Source: Candidatus Moanibacter sp. (GTDB lineage Bacteria > Verrucomicrobiota > Verrucomicrobiia > Opitutales > UBA2987). From it: a DNA stretch of 64,000 nt. Position 1 is the stretch's first letter; the number at the start of each line of letters is the position of its first letter. The translations under genes were made by a program, and so were the position numbers. Below, in pieces: positions 42,270-52,760 of the stretch. A model generated the notes under the pieces. It did no database searches, was not told the DNA's origin, and saw only the letters and a program-made list of their open reading frames with translations. The stretch lies in the NCBI GenBank assembly GCA_965215885.1, contig CBDCEW010000100.1:128001-192000 (forward strand). Reading direction: 5' to 3'.

Positions 42270-43736
42270 ATGGAAGGGAATGCCATGAACGTTGTATTCA
42301 TACTGAGCGATGCCCATAAGAGCGAATACTGCGGATGCTATGGACACAAGACGGTGCGGACGCCGAATATCGATCGACTGGCGAACGAGGGAGCGCGTTT
42401 CACCAGGGCCTATTGCGTGAGCCCGATTTGTTCGCCGACGCGAAGCGCGATCTACACCGGGCGGTTTGTGCATGAAATTGGGATCTGGGACAACACTGTG
42501 GGTTACGACGGCGTTCCTGAAGGGTGGGGGCATATTTTCGAGAAGAATGGGGTGCATTTTACGAGTGTCGGCAAGCTCGACTTCAAGCGAGGTGCGCCCC
42601 ACGGAATCAGCGAAGCGATTTTGCCTTCTTATAGGGACAATCTCGACGTCCATGCGCTCTACCGGGAAGCGGAGATATTGCCCCGGCGCGATTTGCTCCG
42701 GAAACATAAGGGGACCGGGCCGGATGATACTCTCCAAAACTATGCAGATGACGATAAAGTCGCGGCCGCGGCTGTTCGCTGGTTGAAGGAGGGGCGTCCC
42801 CGAGACAGGCCCTGGGTATTGTACGTCAACTTCAACGACATGCACCGGCCCTGGAAGCCGCCGCAAGAAATCTGGAACGCTTATGCACGCGAGGTGAATC
42901 TGGATGAAAGGGATGAGCGATTTCGGGAGGACCGAAGCAACCTTCATCCCTATAACAGAGACTACGCCGGCCACCATAATGATGGACTATTCGACGAGGA
43001 AGATTTGCGTAAAATGATGATTGGGTACCTCGGAACCGTGGAAATCTTGGACGGAAACGTCGGAAAAGTGCTCGCCGCCCTGGACGCAGAAAACCTTCGT
43101 GATGAGGTCCTCGTAGTTTATGGCACGGATCACGGTTATTCCCTGGGCGAGCATGGGCATTTCGAACATGGATCGATCTACGAGGAATCGCTACGCGTTC
43201 CTCTGGTTTTCGCCGGGCCCGGTATTGAGGGGAACCAGGTCATATCGGAAGTTGTTTCGATGTTGGACGTATTCCCGACGGTCTGCGATGCGACGGGCCA
43301 CCAGAATCCGGAAGAAATGCGGGGGCGATCGCTGTTGGGCTTGCTTCGAGGGGAACGTGAAGAGGACCGGGGGGCGGTGGCTTTTTGCGAATACCATGCC
43401 TCCGGATATCCGAGCAGCATGTTCGCGGTTTGCGCTGACGAATTTAAGTATGTCCGGTGTGTCGGCGCCCGGCCCATGCTGTTCAATCTGAAAAAAGACC
43501 GGCACGAAATGCAGGATCTGGCAGCACATCAGCCCGAGAACAGAAAGGTTAACGCGAAAATGCAAGAACTCGAGAATCTGCTCGCCGCCGTCTGTTCGCC
43601 GGAACTTGTGGATGCCCGGGCGAAGGCCGACCAACGGGCGAGGAAGGAGGAGTTGCGCCGCAGCGGGCGGCTATTCAAGGAACTTGCCAAGCGAAGATAT
43701 GAGATGAATACGAAGAGACTGGTTTATGCCGAATAA
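42270..43736 (+). CDS. Sulfatase (choline-sulfatase-like)
   Basis: NVVFILSDAH, CSPTR, GKLD, TDHG and YEESLRVP motifs. Confidence 0.88.
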   Translation: MEGNAMNVVFILSDAHKSEYCGCYGHKTVRTPNIDRLANEGARFTRAYCVSPICSPTRSAIYTGRFVHEIGIWDNTVGYDGVPEGWGHIFEKNGVHFTSVGKLDFKRGAPHGISEAILPSYRDNLDVHALYREAEILPRRDLLRKHKGTGPDDTLQNYADDDKVAAAAVRWLKEGRPRDRPWVLYVNFNDMHRPWKPPQEIWNAYAREVNLDERDERFREDRSNLHPYNRDYAGHHNDGLFDEEDLRKMMIGYLGTVEILDGNVGKVLAALDAENLRDEVLVVYGTDHGYSLGEHGHFEHGSIYEESLRVPLVFAGPGIEGNQVISEVVSMLDVFPTVCDATGHQNPEEMRGRSLLGLLRGEREEDRGAVAFCEYHASGYPSSMFAVCADEFKYVRCVGARPMLFNLKKDRHEMQDLAAHQPENRKVNAKMQELENLLAAVCSPELVDARAKADQRARKEELRRSGRLFKELAKRRYEMNTKRLVYAE

Positions 43737-44011
43737 GGGCAACCGGCGGCCACACAATTCATGGTGAGAGCCCCGGGGCAATTACTCTTTCGATAGTGCT
43801 TTTCAATATTCCCTCCGAGTGACGGGAAACAAACGCATCCGTGGGATCGTAAACGCCTTACCTTTTCCCGCCATCGGGTGCAACAATGGGGGGAATACGG
43901 CTGTACTATTTGCCTGCGGCGGGCGTTTAGCCGGGCGAGGAGAGCGGCCCAGTAGGTCTTCATGCAGGTGAATTTTCATGTCGTAGATCAGGACGGTAGG
44001 GTGTCCCAAAT

Positions 44012-45154
44012 TTATCGTGCGGAGTAAGGGTCGGCCGCGTCGCGCAATCCGTCCCCGAGAAAATTAAACGCCAGTACCGTCACGATTATCATGACGACTG
44101 GCATCAAGTGCCAGGGATAGCTGGCCACGACCTCGAGGTTCAGGCAATCCTGCAGAAGGACGCCCCAGCTGACGATCGGCGGCCGCAACCCTAGACCGAG
44201 AAAGCTCAGGGTGGTCTCGCCAAGGATCATCGCGGGTACGCTGAGGGTCAGGGAGACGATGATGTGGCTGGTGAATCCGGGGAGTAGATGGCGAAACAGC
44301 ACCCGGCCGTGCCCGGCCCCAATCAAGCGCGCCGCGACGGCGTAGTCTTCTTCCCTCAGGGAAAGTATCTTCCCGCGCACAACCCTCGCCAGGCCAGTCC
44401 AGTTCAAAAGGCTGAGGACCACTGTAATCGCGAAATACACGCGCAGCGCGGACCATTCGCCCGGAACAACCGCGCCCAGCGCGAGCCACAACGGGAGATG
44501 CGGGAAGGAGTTGACGATCTCGATAAAACGCTGGATCACGAGGTCTGTCCTTCCGCCGAGATACCCTGAGATGCCGCCGATCGTGATTCCGAGGAAAAAC
44601 GTGATGGCGATGGAAAAGAGCCCGATCGAAAGACTGATGCGGGAACCGTAAATCAAACGGCTGAAAATATCCCTGCCGTATCGGTCGGCTCCCAGCAGGT
44701 AATACGGAGCGGGAGTTTGGGCGTTGCCCGGGTCCGCGGTTCGCCGGGCGCCGAAAAAATGCCGCTCCATGGGAATCAGCCCCCACAGACGGTAGGGTTC
44801 TCCGCGAACGAAAAATCCGAGCGAGGTCAATCTGGCCATGTCCGTCCGGTAGAATTTCCGAAGGGTCACCCGGTCCGTTTCCTGTTCCAAAGCTGCCACA
44901 TGGATCCCGTTGGCAAGGTCGAAGGCTGGGAACTGGGGAGGGCAGTAGGAGAAGCTCAGGTGTTTCCAGGTTTTCGGATAGGGTGCGAAGAACTCCGCAA
45001 AAGCGGCCACAAGGTAGAGCACCAGTATTAGAAAGAGGGAGATATGAGCTAATAAATGGCGCGCGAAGCGGATGCGGATGAGCTGCCATTGGGAGAGGGT
45101 AGCTTTTTCTAAAGCACCGGAATCCACTTCGATCCTTCCGGCTTCGATCATCAT
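44012..45154 (-). CDS. Peptide/oligosaccharide ABC transporter permease (OppC/DppC type), orphan
   Basis: LGADRYGRD, the EAA motif EEDYAVAARLIGA, and FNFLGDGLRDAADP. Confidence 0.9.
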   Translation of the reverse strand: MMIEAGRIEVDSGALEKATLSQWQLIRIRFARHLLAHISLFLILVLYLVAAFAEFFAPYPKTWKHLSFSYCPPQFPAFDLANGIHVAALEQETDRVTLRKFYRTDMARLTSLGFFVRGEPYRLWGLIPMERHFFGARRTADPGNAQTPAPYYLLGADRYGRDIFSRLIYGSRISLSIGLFSIAITFFLGITIGGISGYLGGRTDLVIQRFIEIVNSFPHLPLWLALGAVVPGEWSALRVYFAITVVLSLLNWTGLARVVRGKILSLREEDYAVAARLIGAGHGRVLFRHLLPGFTSHIIVSLTLSVPAMILGETTLSFLGLGLRPPIVSWGVLLQDCLNLEVVASYPWHLMPVVMIIVTVLAFNFLGDGLRDAADPYSAR

Positions 45155-45621
45155 TTTCCAATAATCGGCTCAGGTTTTCCGCTTTCCAGGTTTCGGGCGG
45201 CCTGGACTATCATCAGTGTGGCCATCAAACCATCCATGGGGTTCGTTATCCGTTCAGGTTGCTTGAGACAATTAATTGGACTGATTATTCTTCCGGGCTA
45301 TCGTGGGAAGCCGGAACAAGAAAGACAACGATGAACCTCGAAGATGTCGAAAATGGTCTCGCCATTGGATAACCGCAAAGTATTGATCGACCCCAGAAAA
45401 CCCGAACACGATGTAATCTTCGCTACGTCAATTGATGGCATAAAGATGTCAAAGGTAATGGAAAAGGCGGAGTCGGAAATGGCTCGGTGGTTTGTGGCTT
45501 ATTGACACTCTTGGAGCGCAATTGAGCTTACCACTTTGAGCAGTCACGAAAACTGATACCGATATCAGAAAGGCATAATAAAGGTTGAAAGCGTCACTGA
45601 ATCGTGGTTAATTAGGCGGAA

Positions 45622-45718
45622 ATCGACGGGGAGTCTCACGCTTGGGGCTGAGAGCGGGAAGTGATCGTTCCCGATACCCTTTGAACCTGATCCGGATCAT
45701 GCCGGCGGAGGGAAAGTC
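45622..45718 (+). promoter_or_regulatory. TPP riboswitch
   Basis: GGGGAGTC...GGCTGAGA...ACCCTTTGAACCTGATCCGGATCATGCCGGCGGAGGGAA fits the THI-box consensus. Confidence 0.93.
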
Positions 45719-45728
45719 TCGTGTTTTC

Positions 45729-48146
45729 ATGGTTATCCGCTCCTTCTGCCGGAGCGATCCGAAACCGGAGTCTACCACGAATACGAGAACGACCATCACC
45801 GACAGACGCGCGCTCCGCCTCTTAATGGCATACTTGCTCCTCGTCCATTGCGGAGAGCCCCTATTTGGTGATGAACCGATATCGGTTGAGATCACTGAAC
45901 TTCAGGAATACGTCGTTAAAGGAGTCTCCGAGGAAAAGACGGTAAACCCCCTGGCAGGACCTGTCGGATCCGTTTACGGAACCGATCAAAACATCCTCGG
46001 GATCCCGCGTGGTGTCAGTGTAATCACGCAAGCGCTAATCGAAGAGAGGAATGTTGATACTTTGGATGAAATCATCCCATTTACGCCGAGCGCGTTCGCG
46101 CCCAACAGCTATGGAAATGCCACCACGCCTACCATCCGCGGTGATGTTGCTGAGAATTATGTTAACGGGCAGCGTCGTAGCGGCAACGAATATGGAATCG
46201 ATCTCAGCTTTAACGCGATTGAGTCGATCGACATTGTCCGCGGGCCCGGATCGGTCGTTTACGGCCCCGGTTTCGACAGCGGAGGATATGTCAATTTCGT
46301 TACCAAGCGTCCCAGCTTCGACGAAAAGACAACGACCGTGAAGATGCGTTTAGGAACGTGGATCCCGGGCGGGGATTCGTTCATCGACGGATTCGTCCGC
46401 ATCGACCACAACCATCCCCTGATCCAGGACCGGCTCGCCCTCCGCCTGAGCTATGAGGGTCAGGAGAGTGAGACGCTCTACACCGCCAACGGCGGCCGCG
46501 AGGATTACCAGGATATCTATCTGGCGCTGAGCTGGAAGCCGAGCGAACGATTCTTGCTCGACTTTAATGCACAGTATGTCTGGCAGGTGGCACCGCAGCA
46601 CCTGGGCGCCAACCGCCCCTATGACGGGCTCACCCACGACGGTCTTTACCTCAATGGTGAAGCGATCGATTTCAATGACGTCGCGGGTGATGGCTTTTCG
46701 CTTCGCACCACGGTAACCGGGACAACGCCGATCGAGAATGAGGACACGCTCCTTTCCCGCGGTGATTTCAGCAACGCTAATATCGTCTACGGCCAGCTCA
46801 TTGCCCGTTGGCACGGGGATACGGATACAACGTTTATCAACCGAACGTTCGTTGAACACATCAACCGCCGTCGGCATCATGAATTTTCATATACGGAGTA
46901 TGTCACCCAGTTCACCTTTGAAAATCGCACCGAATTGAACGCTTCACCGGATTGGTTTAATCGACGCCACGAAATCGTCGGCGGGTTTACCGTCCGATAC
47001 GAGGATCGGGAAGCCCACATGAATTACTTTAATTACTACCCGTTTACTTACGACATCACCGCAAACCGGAGCTTTCCGGCGGCGGCCCTTTTCGGACTCT
47101 TCGGCCAGCCGGGACCGGGAAATCGGTTGTTTTTCGGCGCCGAGGAGGGTATTCCCGAGACCACCGATTCAAAAGTCTGGAATCCGGCCCTGTTCTGGCA
47201 GCACGAGATCGGATTAGGAGACAGTATTACGTTGCTTTACGGATTTCGCGGGAATGCCTATTTTGCCGACGTCACCGACCCGCTCCCTCCCGCCGGCGGC
47301 ACATCCCCATGGAATGATACGCACGATTTCTACAGCGCCGACTATAACATCAGCCTCAGCTTCCGGCCGGTCGAGACGTTGGCGCTTTACGGGACATTCA
47401 ATCGGACCCACGCTCTCGACGGTAGTACCGGCGGTGGTGCTATCATGCTTTCGCTTTCCGATGGTAAGCTCGAGAAAGACGACTTCCGCGTCCGCAGCGA
47501 GCTCTGGGAAGTCGGCGTGCGCTTAAGTCTCCTCGGTAATCGACTTTACAGTTCCCTGACGGCCTTTCGTCAGGAGCGTTTCCGCTCGGAATTGGGCGGA
47601 GGTCGCAGCGGCATTCTTGTCCGCGGCGCCGAGCTGGAGGCGGTTTTTCAACCCGATGAGCGATTCTATCTCCTCGCCAATCTTACCTATACGCAGGGTA
47701 ATTATCTCAACGCATCGCCTTTCACTCTGGGTGGAGCGGATCTGAACAGCCTCTACGACGTAACGGTCGCACGGCCGGAAAGGTCCAATCTGATTGGACC
47801 GGACGGGCAGGTCGTTCCCGGAGATTATCGCATCACAGGGCTCTCGCGTTGGGTTTTCAAAGGTGGAATGAGCTACCATCGGAAAAACGGATTGGGGTTC
47901 AATCTGTGGGGCGATGTGCGCTCTCCTCAGAATGGGAATATCCTAGCACAGTACACTATACCGACTCAGTTTACCTTGAACGCATCCATTATCTATCGCA
48001 GGCCGGGATGGGAAGCGACCGTAAGCTTTCTCAATTTCACCAACGAAACCAACTGGATTCATAACGGCGACGACTTCGGCAGCGTAGCTTTCATAGGGCG
48101 TGAACTGCCGTTTCGTGTGGACCTGCACCTGAAGTATTATTTCTGA
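45729..48146 (+). CDS. TonB-dependent receptor, probably for thiamine or a precursor
   Basis: Plug motif IDIVRGPGSVVYG, C-terminal YYF, and position directly after a TPP riboswitch; the start is uncertain. Confidence 0.85.
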   Translation: MVIRSFCRSDPKPESTTNTRTTITDRRALRLLMAYLLLVHCGEPLFGDEPISVEITELQEYVVKGVSEEKTVNPLAGPVGSVYGTDQNILGIPRGVSVITQALIEERNVDTLDEIIPFTPSAFAPNSYGNATTPTIRGDVAENYVNGQRRSGNEYGIDLSFNAIESIDIVRGPGSVVYGPGFDSGGYVNFVTKRPSFDEKTTTVKMRLGTWIPGGDSFIDGFVRIDHNHPLIQDRLALRLSYEGQESETLYTANGGREDYQDIYLALSWKPSERFLLDFNAQYVWQVAPQHLGANRPYDGLTHDGLYLNGEAIDFNDVAGDGFSLRTTVTGTTPIENEDTLLSRGDFSNANIVYGQLIARWHGDTDTTFINRTFVEHINRRRHHEFSYTEYVTQFTFENRTELNASPDWFNRRHEIVGGFTVRYEDREAHMNYFNYYPFTYDITANRSFPAAALFGLFGQPGPGNRLFFGAEEGIPETTDSKVWNPALFWQHEIGLGDSITLLYGFRGNAYFADVTDPLPPAGGTSPWNDTHDFYSADYNISLSFRPVETLALYGTFNRTHALDGSTGGGAIMLSLSDGKLEKDDFRVRSELWEVGVRLSLLGNRLYSSLTAFRQERFRSELGGGRSGILVRGAELEAVFQPDERFYLLANLTYTQGNYLNASPFTLGGADLNSLYDVTVARPERSNLIGPDGQVVPGDYRITGLSRWVFKGGMSYHRKNGLGFNLWGDVRSPQNGNILAQYTIPTQFTLNASIIYRRPGWEATVSFLNFTNETNWIHNGDDFGSVAFIGRELPFRVDLHLKYYF

Positions 48147-48155
48147 GATTAACTA

Positions 48156-50073
48156 GACCCCATTCGAAAAGCCTTTCGAGCGGACGGTTTCAGGTTTTCC
48201 GCCACAGGCGGACCAGCCTATGGCTGGCAGGCGTCGGGATTCAGGCTGCCGACGCTGCCGATGAGCAGGTATAGAGCGGCCATCGGCGTGGCTTGCTGCA
48301 CAATACGCATATTTGCCGCTGTTTGGAGGCATACTCATCCCGTGGTGCTTTTTTCTCCGAGCTGCAAAGCGGTCAGATTCAGGCCGCCTGTTCCAGTTCC
48401 TCCCGTCGTCGTTTCTTCATCAGTATGATGCGGCAGAAGTTGTAGGCCAGAACCTTCTCGAGCAGTTCATCGCCTACCGCATCGATGCCGCGGCGGCCGA
48501 GTTCGCCAAAGGCAAATCCATCTTTAATCGTGAACATCAGCGACTCCACTGCGGAGCGATTGCGGCGTGCCTCGCGATACGCCTCGCTCTCCCGGTCCTC
48601 GGGGGTGGTCAACTTCTTGCCCTTCGCCCCACTGATACTGATCTGCTTTACCCCCATGCCCAGCACCTCCTTGCGCCCCTTCGCCGAAGCATATCCGTCA
48701 TCGGTGCTGATCAGTTCAGCAATGACACCGGTGCGCTTGATCGAATCGCCGATGGCCGGCGCCAGCTCAATGGAGTCTGCCGCATTGCCTTGCGGTACGA
48801 TCAGGCTGGTGACAAAACCGTTTTCGCTGCGAACCAGTTGTGGCTTGTACCCGATGACTGGATTGCGGCTGCCCTTCTTGATGTAGGCCGCCGATCCGTC
48901 CGACAGGCTCAGGACCTTCTGCGTGGACGGTAGCTTCTTTTCGTGAAACACCCGATCATGAGCATACTCAACAACCCGCTTGGCGTCGGCAATATCGCGC
49001 CTGATCTGGCTCAATACCCGCTTCAGAAGCTCCCGGCGAGTGGGAGGCAGTGAATCCATCGACAGGCCCTCTTCAAGATGGCTCAGTTCCCCCGTTAGTG
49101 AGTCGGCCGCCTTGCGGCCCCGCTTGAGCAACCGCCGGTAGTGTTTCTTCAGCTTGCCCTTCGACTTCGGTTTGCCCGCGGCCAGACAAATCTGAAACTC
49201 CAGCTTGTCCATCTCCTGCAGCCAACGCCCAACCCATCCCTTGCGAAAATCCTCCAGCCCGAATATATGCAACTTCTGACCCAAACGATTGGCCCGCATC
49301 AAAAGACCGGTCAGAATCCTCCCATCGGTGGGCCAGCAGCTATTTGCTTTCACCGAGGTGCTGTCGATCGTCAGCTTCCCGAAATCGTCCCATTGCTCCT
49401 GGAGGATAAACCCAATCTGTTTATCAAAGATCAGCTCGCGGGTCCTATGGCTGACCAGGTTCACGTTCTCCAGAATCGTCGTCACCGCCGGCATCCTCAG
49501 TCCCCGCCTCTGAAGAAATCCGTACAAGCTCATCGACTCGCGCAGAAACCGCCGTGCCGGTTTCGTGGTCAACGAACCGAGAAACCCACGAATCATCACG
49601 AACACGTATACCGCATAAGCCGGCATCCGCGGCCGGCCTACCGCAAGATTCAATTCAGCAGCCAGAATATTCTCCTCCTCGATGTCCAGCTCCGGCAGGT
49701 CCGCTGTGCGCCCTTCAAAGAACCTTCGATCTTCCAATCGAAGTTTCTTCTTCTCACGCGCATGGGCGTCCAGATCCTTCTCGATCGCCTCGATGATTTG
49801 CGCCGCGAACCCGGCCAATTCTTCAACTTCATCCAGAAAATCACGAAAATCCGTGTCTGGAACCGGCAGAATGAGGTTGCTAAGGGGCGTCTTGTCGCTT
49901 TTGTTCTCCTCTGTCGCACATGTTGGCATGTTTAACTCATTTCTTAATCTTAAGTTGTTAAACACTAGTATGTTACGATACTTTTTATCAAGCCGAAAAA
50001 CTGATTTTTCTCAAGTTTTTCTTGCGCCTTTTGCGCCTCTTTGCGGCCAATCAGTAGCTTTTCGGATAAGGTC
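48156..50073 (-). mobile_element. IS5/IS1182-like insertion sequence, copy 2
   Basis: Near-identical to 37752-39668; TAACTA duplicated on both sides. Confidence 0.92.
48379..49971 (-). CDS. DDE transposase
   Basis: Same protein as 37855-39445 with scattered substitutions; the start is uncertain. Confidence 0.9.
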   Translation of the reverse strand: MLVFNNLRLRNELNMPTCATEENKSDKTPLSNLILPVPDTDFRDFLDEVEELAGFAAQIIEAIEKDLDAHAREKKKLRLEDRRFFEGRTADLPELDIEEENILAAELNLAVGRPRMPAYAVYVFVMIRGFLGSLTTKPARRFLRESMSLYGFLQRRGLRMPAVTTILENVNLVSHRTRELIFDKQIGFILQEQWDDFGKLTIDSTSVKANSCWPTDGRILTGLLMRANRLGQKLHIFGLEDFRKGWVGRWLQEMDKLEFQICLAAGKPKSKGKLKKHYRRLLKRGRKAADSLTGELSHLEEGLSMDSLPPTRRELLKRVLSQIRRDIADAKRVVEYAHDRVFHEKKLPSTQKVLSLSDGSAAYIKKGSRNPVIGYKPQLVRSENGFVTSLIVPQGNAADSIELAPAIGDSIKRTGVIAELISTDDGYASAKGRKEVLGMGVKQISISGAKGKKLTTPEDRESEAYREARRNRSAVESLMFTIKDGFAFGELGRRGIDAVGDELLEKVLAYNFCRIILMKKRRREELEQAA

Positions 50074-50097
50074 TAACTAGCGAATGGGCAAGATGGA

Positions 50098-51117
50098 TCA
50101 TTCCAAAATCAATTCGTGAATATTCTCGTCGGCGGCTCTTTGAATCATCAACGCCAGACGAGAGGCCGTCAGCACTGATGTTGTATTGAGATCGTCGGTT
50201 CTTGATTCGCCCCGGATATCCGCTAGAAAAGCTTCGAGATAGGTTCCTTCCATCCGTTCAGGCAACGGCAATTCGTTGATCTTCTCATCATCCTTGAGGA
50301 GCAGAGACATACCCTTGCTGTTCTGGGAAGTCTCCAGAATGCCCTTCTCACCAAAGTATGTCATTCGCCAATAATAGGGAGACTCATAGGCCATCCCATC
50401 GACTGCGAAGTATGAAACGTCGCCGAGCACGCCGGCGCCGTTTTCCATCGTGAGCAGCATTTGACCGGCGTCCTCGAAGTGCGGATATTCCTTTGCGAAT
50501 GCGTTCCAGCAACGCGCCGCGTTGACCCTGTCGAAATTCAACCCCGTTACCCAGGGAATGGTGTCCGCTGCATGGATAACGATGTCGTTGATTGTACCCC
50601 CATGAAGACCGGGTTCAAAATACCAGCCCGGACGAGTCCCAAGTAGCAGTGGATGTTGCCCGTTGAAATGAATTGCATGAATCTCTCCCAATTCTCCATC
50701 CAGAATCAGTCTTCTCGTGCCGATTGTGCTGGGCAAATCTCTCCTTGTCAGCATACATCCCACACTCAGTTCATTGTCAGTGGCCAGACGTTCAATCTCT
50801 TCCAATTCGGCCAGACTGGTACAGATTGGCTTATCCGATAGGACATGTTTTCCCGCTTTCAGCGCGGAAATCGCCCTTCCTCCACGCAACCCGAATGCAT
50901 CCCCTATGGCAACGACGTCACAATCCGCCGATTCGAGTAGTGCATCGCAGCTATCGTGAGTGAATCTCACGCCGTTTCGTTCGGCATGTTTTCTGGCTTC
51001 GGGCTCTTCTTCCCATGAAGCGCACACCACTGTTTCCTCATGCTTCATGCACAATTCATAAAGTGAGAGAATGTGAAAATGGCGAAATCCGAGAAATCCG
51101 AATTTGATCTTATTCAT
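50098..51117 (-). CDS. Gfo/Idh/MocA family oxidoreductase
   Basis: HVLSDKPI and GGTINDIVIHAAD motifs. Confidence 0.85.
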   Translation of the reverse strand: MNKIKFGFLGFRHFHILSLYELCMKHEETVVCASWEEEPEARKHAERNGVRFTHDSCDALLESADCDVVAIGDAFGLRGGRAISALKAGKHVLSDKPICTSLAELEEIERLATDNELSVGCMLTRRDLPSTIGTRRLILDGELGEIHAIHFNGQHPLLLGTRPGWYFEPGLHGGTINDIVIHAADTIPWVTGLNFDRVNAARCWNAFAKEYPHFEDAGQMLLTMENGAGVLGDVSYFAVDGMAYESPYYWRMTYFGEKGILETSQNSKGMSLLLKDDEKINELPLPERMEGTYLEAFLADIRGESRTDDLNTTSVLTASRLALMIQRAADENIHELILE

Positions 51118-51175
51118 TATATGAACCTGTTAGCTGGAGCTCCCACATACATCATCGTTTTTACGAATTCGAGTA

Positions 51176-52648
51176 CTAGGACTGGAACAAAATTGGCGAG
51201 GTCCAGGCGATTTGTCCGTTTTTCTGCTGCGCCTTGACGATATAGGAGTCGCGTTCACCGGGATGGGCGTCCTTCCATTGTTTGCGAAAACGCAAGCATC
51301 CTTTATTGAGAGCCCGACCCAATCGAATTTTGGGCGATGAGAATCTGTCCAGCGGCATTCCCCATATGTCGTCCACGATCAGTTGTTCGAGAGTTCCTCT
51401 TACAATACACCCACCTGATTCGCTGTCCGTCGCGGCTTTGGCTTGGCATTTGATTGTGGTGTCTCCTGACCCCTTGAATTCGATGATCATCCCATTGACG
51501 GGACGGGGATTTTGACGGCTCGTGTGCGACGTTACGCGCACTCGGCGATCCGATTCCTGAGCAAAACTGTTATATAGCTCCGAAGAGGCGGCGCCTCCCC
51601 CGAAGCAGGGTGAGATCTTTTCGATTTCACCTTCCTTCACATCCACTAACAGCTCCCAGTTCGTAATCTCGGAACTTCCCAACCTGTCCCATCCCCATTC
51701 GAGTCGGGTAAGATAGCCTTCTTCGGCCAATCTATCCGTGCGGATATCGCCCGGCCACATCGCGACTGTAAGTCCGTTCTTTATTATTTGGACGTGTTCG
51801 AGCGGAGCGAGTGGTTTAACATCAATCTCAAGGATTCGAGGATCGCCGGCGCTCAGAATATCTCCCATTGTCGCTCCAAGTGAAGAGACTGATAATTCGA
51901 TTCTATCACCAGTGACTGCGTAGGTATTTCTCTTGTGAAGGGCCTCGATCACGGACTCTCGTGTAAGACGTTCCGCCAGCACCGCGGTGAGTCCTTGTCC
52001 ATAGTGGCCGGGATAGCCGTCATGATTGTCCGTCCCCGCGGTGAATCCGAAATGAAGACCCTTCCGAAGCTGTTCCAAGACTGTCTGTGAGATGGTGCTT
52101 CCGCCCATGGAATGCCCCAGCATGGGGTAGGAGGTTTCGCCTTCCAGGGAGTTTCCGTGTTCGCTGAAAATCTCGACAAGGGGCGAGAATTCAGCGGTGA
52201 ACTCTTGCGAGTTCAGACCTCTCCAACCTTGGCGATAGGCGACATGGTGAGGTATCAAGATAGCTTCGTTATCTGAAGCGAATTTCCTCAGCGCCTCTAT
52301 ATCATCCGCGGGATACAGAGCGCCGTCGTCGCCGGGAAAGAGGACGACGTAGTCACCCCACGTAACGGAGTGCCATTCGAAGGCGATAAAGGGTACAAAC
52401 TCGCCCGGGATATAGTGATCATTGGCAAATCGCTTCAGTTCATGAAATCGCTCTCTTACCCGCGCGAATCCCTTTTCATGATATGCAATCAATTGGGCGT
52501 CTCGTCCGGGAGGATCGGGCCAGTGCCCATGGGCACTCAATGCGTAGATATCGAGCGTGTTGGTTGCTATCTCATAGGAGCGTTCCAAAGAGCCTTTACC
52601 ATATCCGATCTCGTTGTGGTTGTGGATATCTGCCCAGTAGATTTTCAC
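51176..52648 (-). CDS. PHP/DUF3604-like putative metallohydrolase
   Basis: WADIHNH, FEWHS, IPHH, SEHG, AGTDNH..PG, YAVTGDRI and AWTSPI motifs. Confidence 0.65.
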   Translation of the reverse strand: MKIYWADIHNHNEIGYGKGSLERSYEIATNTLDIYALSAHGHWPDPPGRDAQLIAYHEKGFARVRERFHELKRFANDHYIPGEFVPFIAFEWHSVTWGDYVVLFPGDDGALYPADDIEALRKFASDNEAILIPHHVAYRQGWRGLNSQEFTAEFSPLVEIFSEHGNSLEGETSYPMLGHSMGGSTISQTVLEQLRKGLHFGFTAGTDNHDGYPGHYGQGLTAVLAERLTRESVIEALHKRNTYAVTGDRIELSVSSLGATMGDILSAGDPRILEIDVKPLAPLEHVQIIKNGLTVAMWPGDIRTDRLAEEGYLTRLEWGWDRLGSSEITNWELLVDVKEGEIEKISPCFGGGAASSELYNSFAQESDRRVRVTSHTSRQNPRPVNGMIIEFKGSGDTTIKCQAKAATDSESGGCIVRGTLEQLIVDDIWGMPLDRFSSPKIRLGRALNKGCLRFRKQWKDAHPGERDSYIVKAQQKNGQIAWTSPILFQS

Positions 52649-52760
52649 CTTGATCTATATGCTGTTCAGGTTTGGATGAAGAGAAGACTGGAACGTTCAC
52701 AGACGGCAGCGGCAAATACAAAATGATCGATCTTTCACAAAACCCGGAATCTGACAGCAT

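Noticed and set aside
37752..50073. Composite transposon formed by the two inverted IS copies
   Set aside because: Each copy has its own target duplication (TAAATA versus TAACTA), indicating independent insertions.
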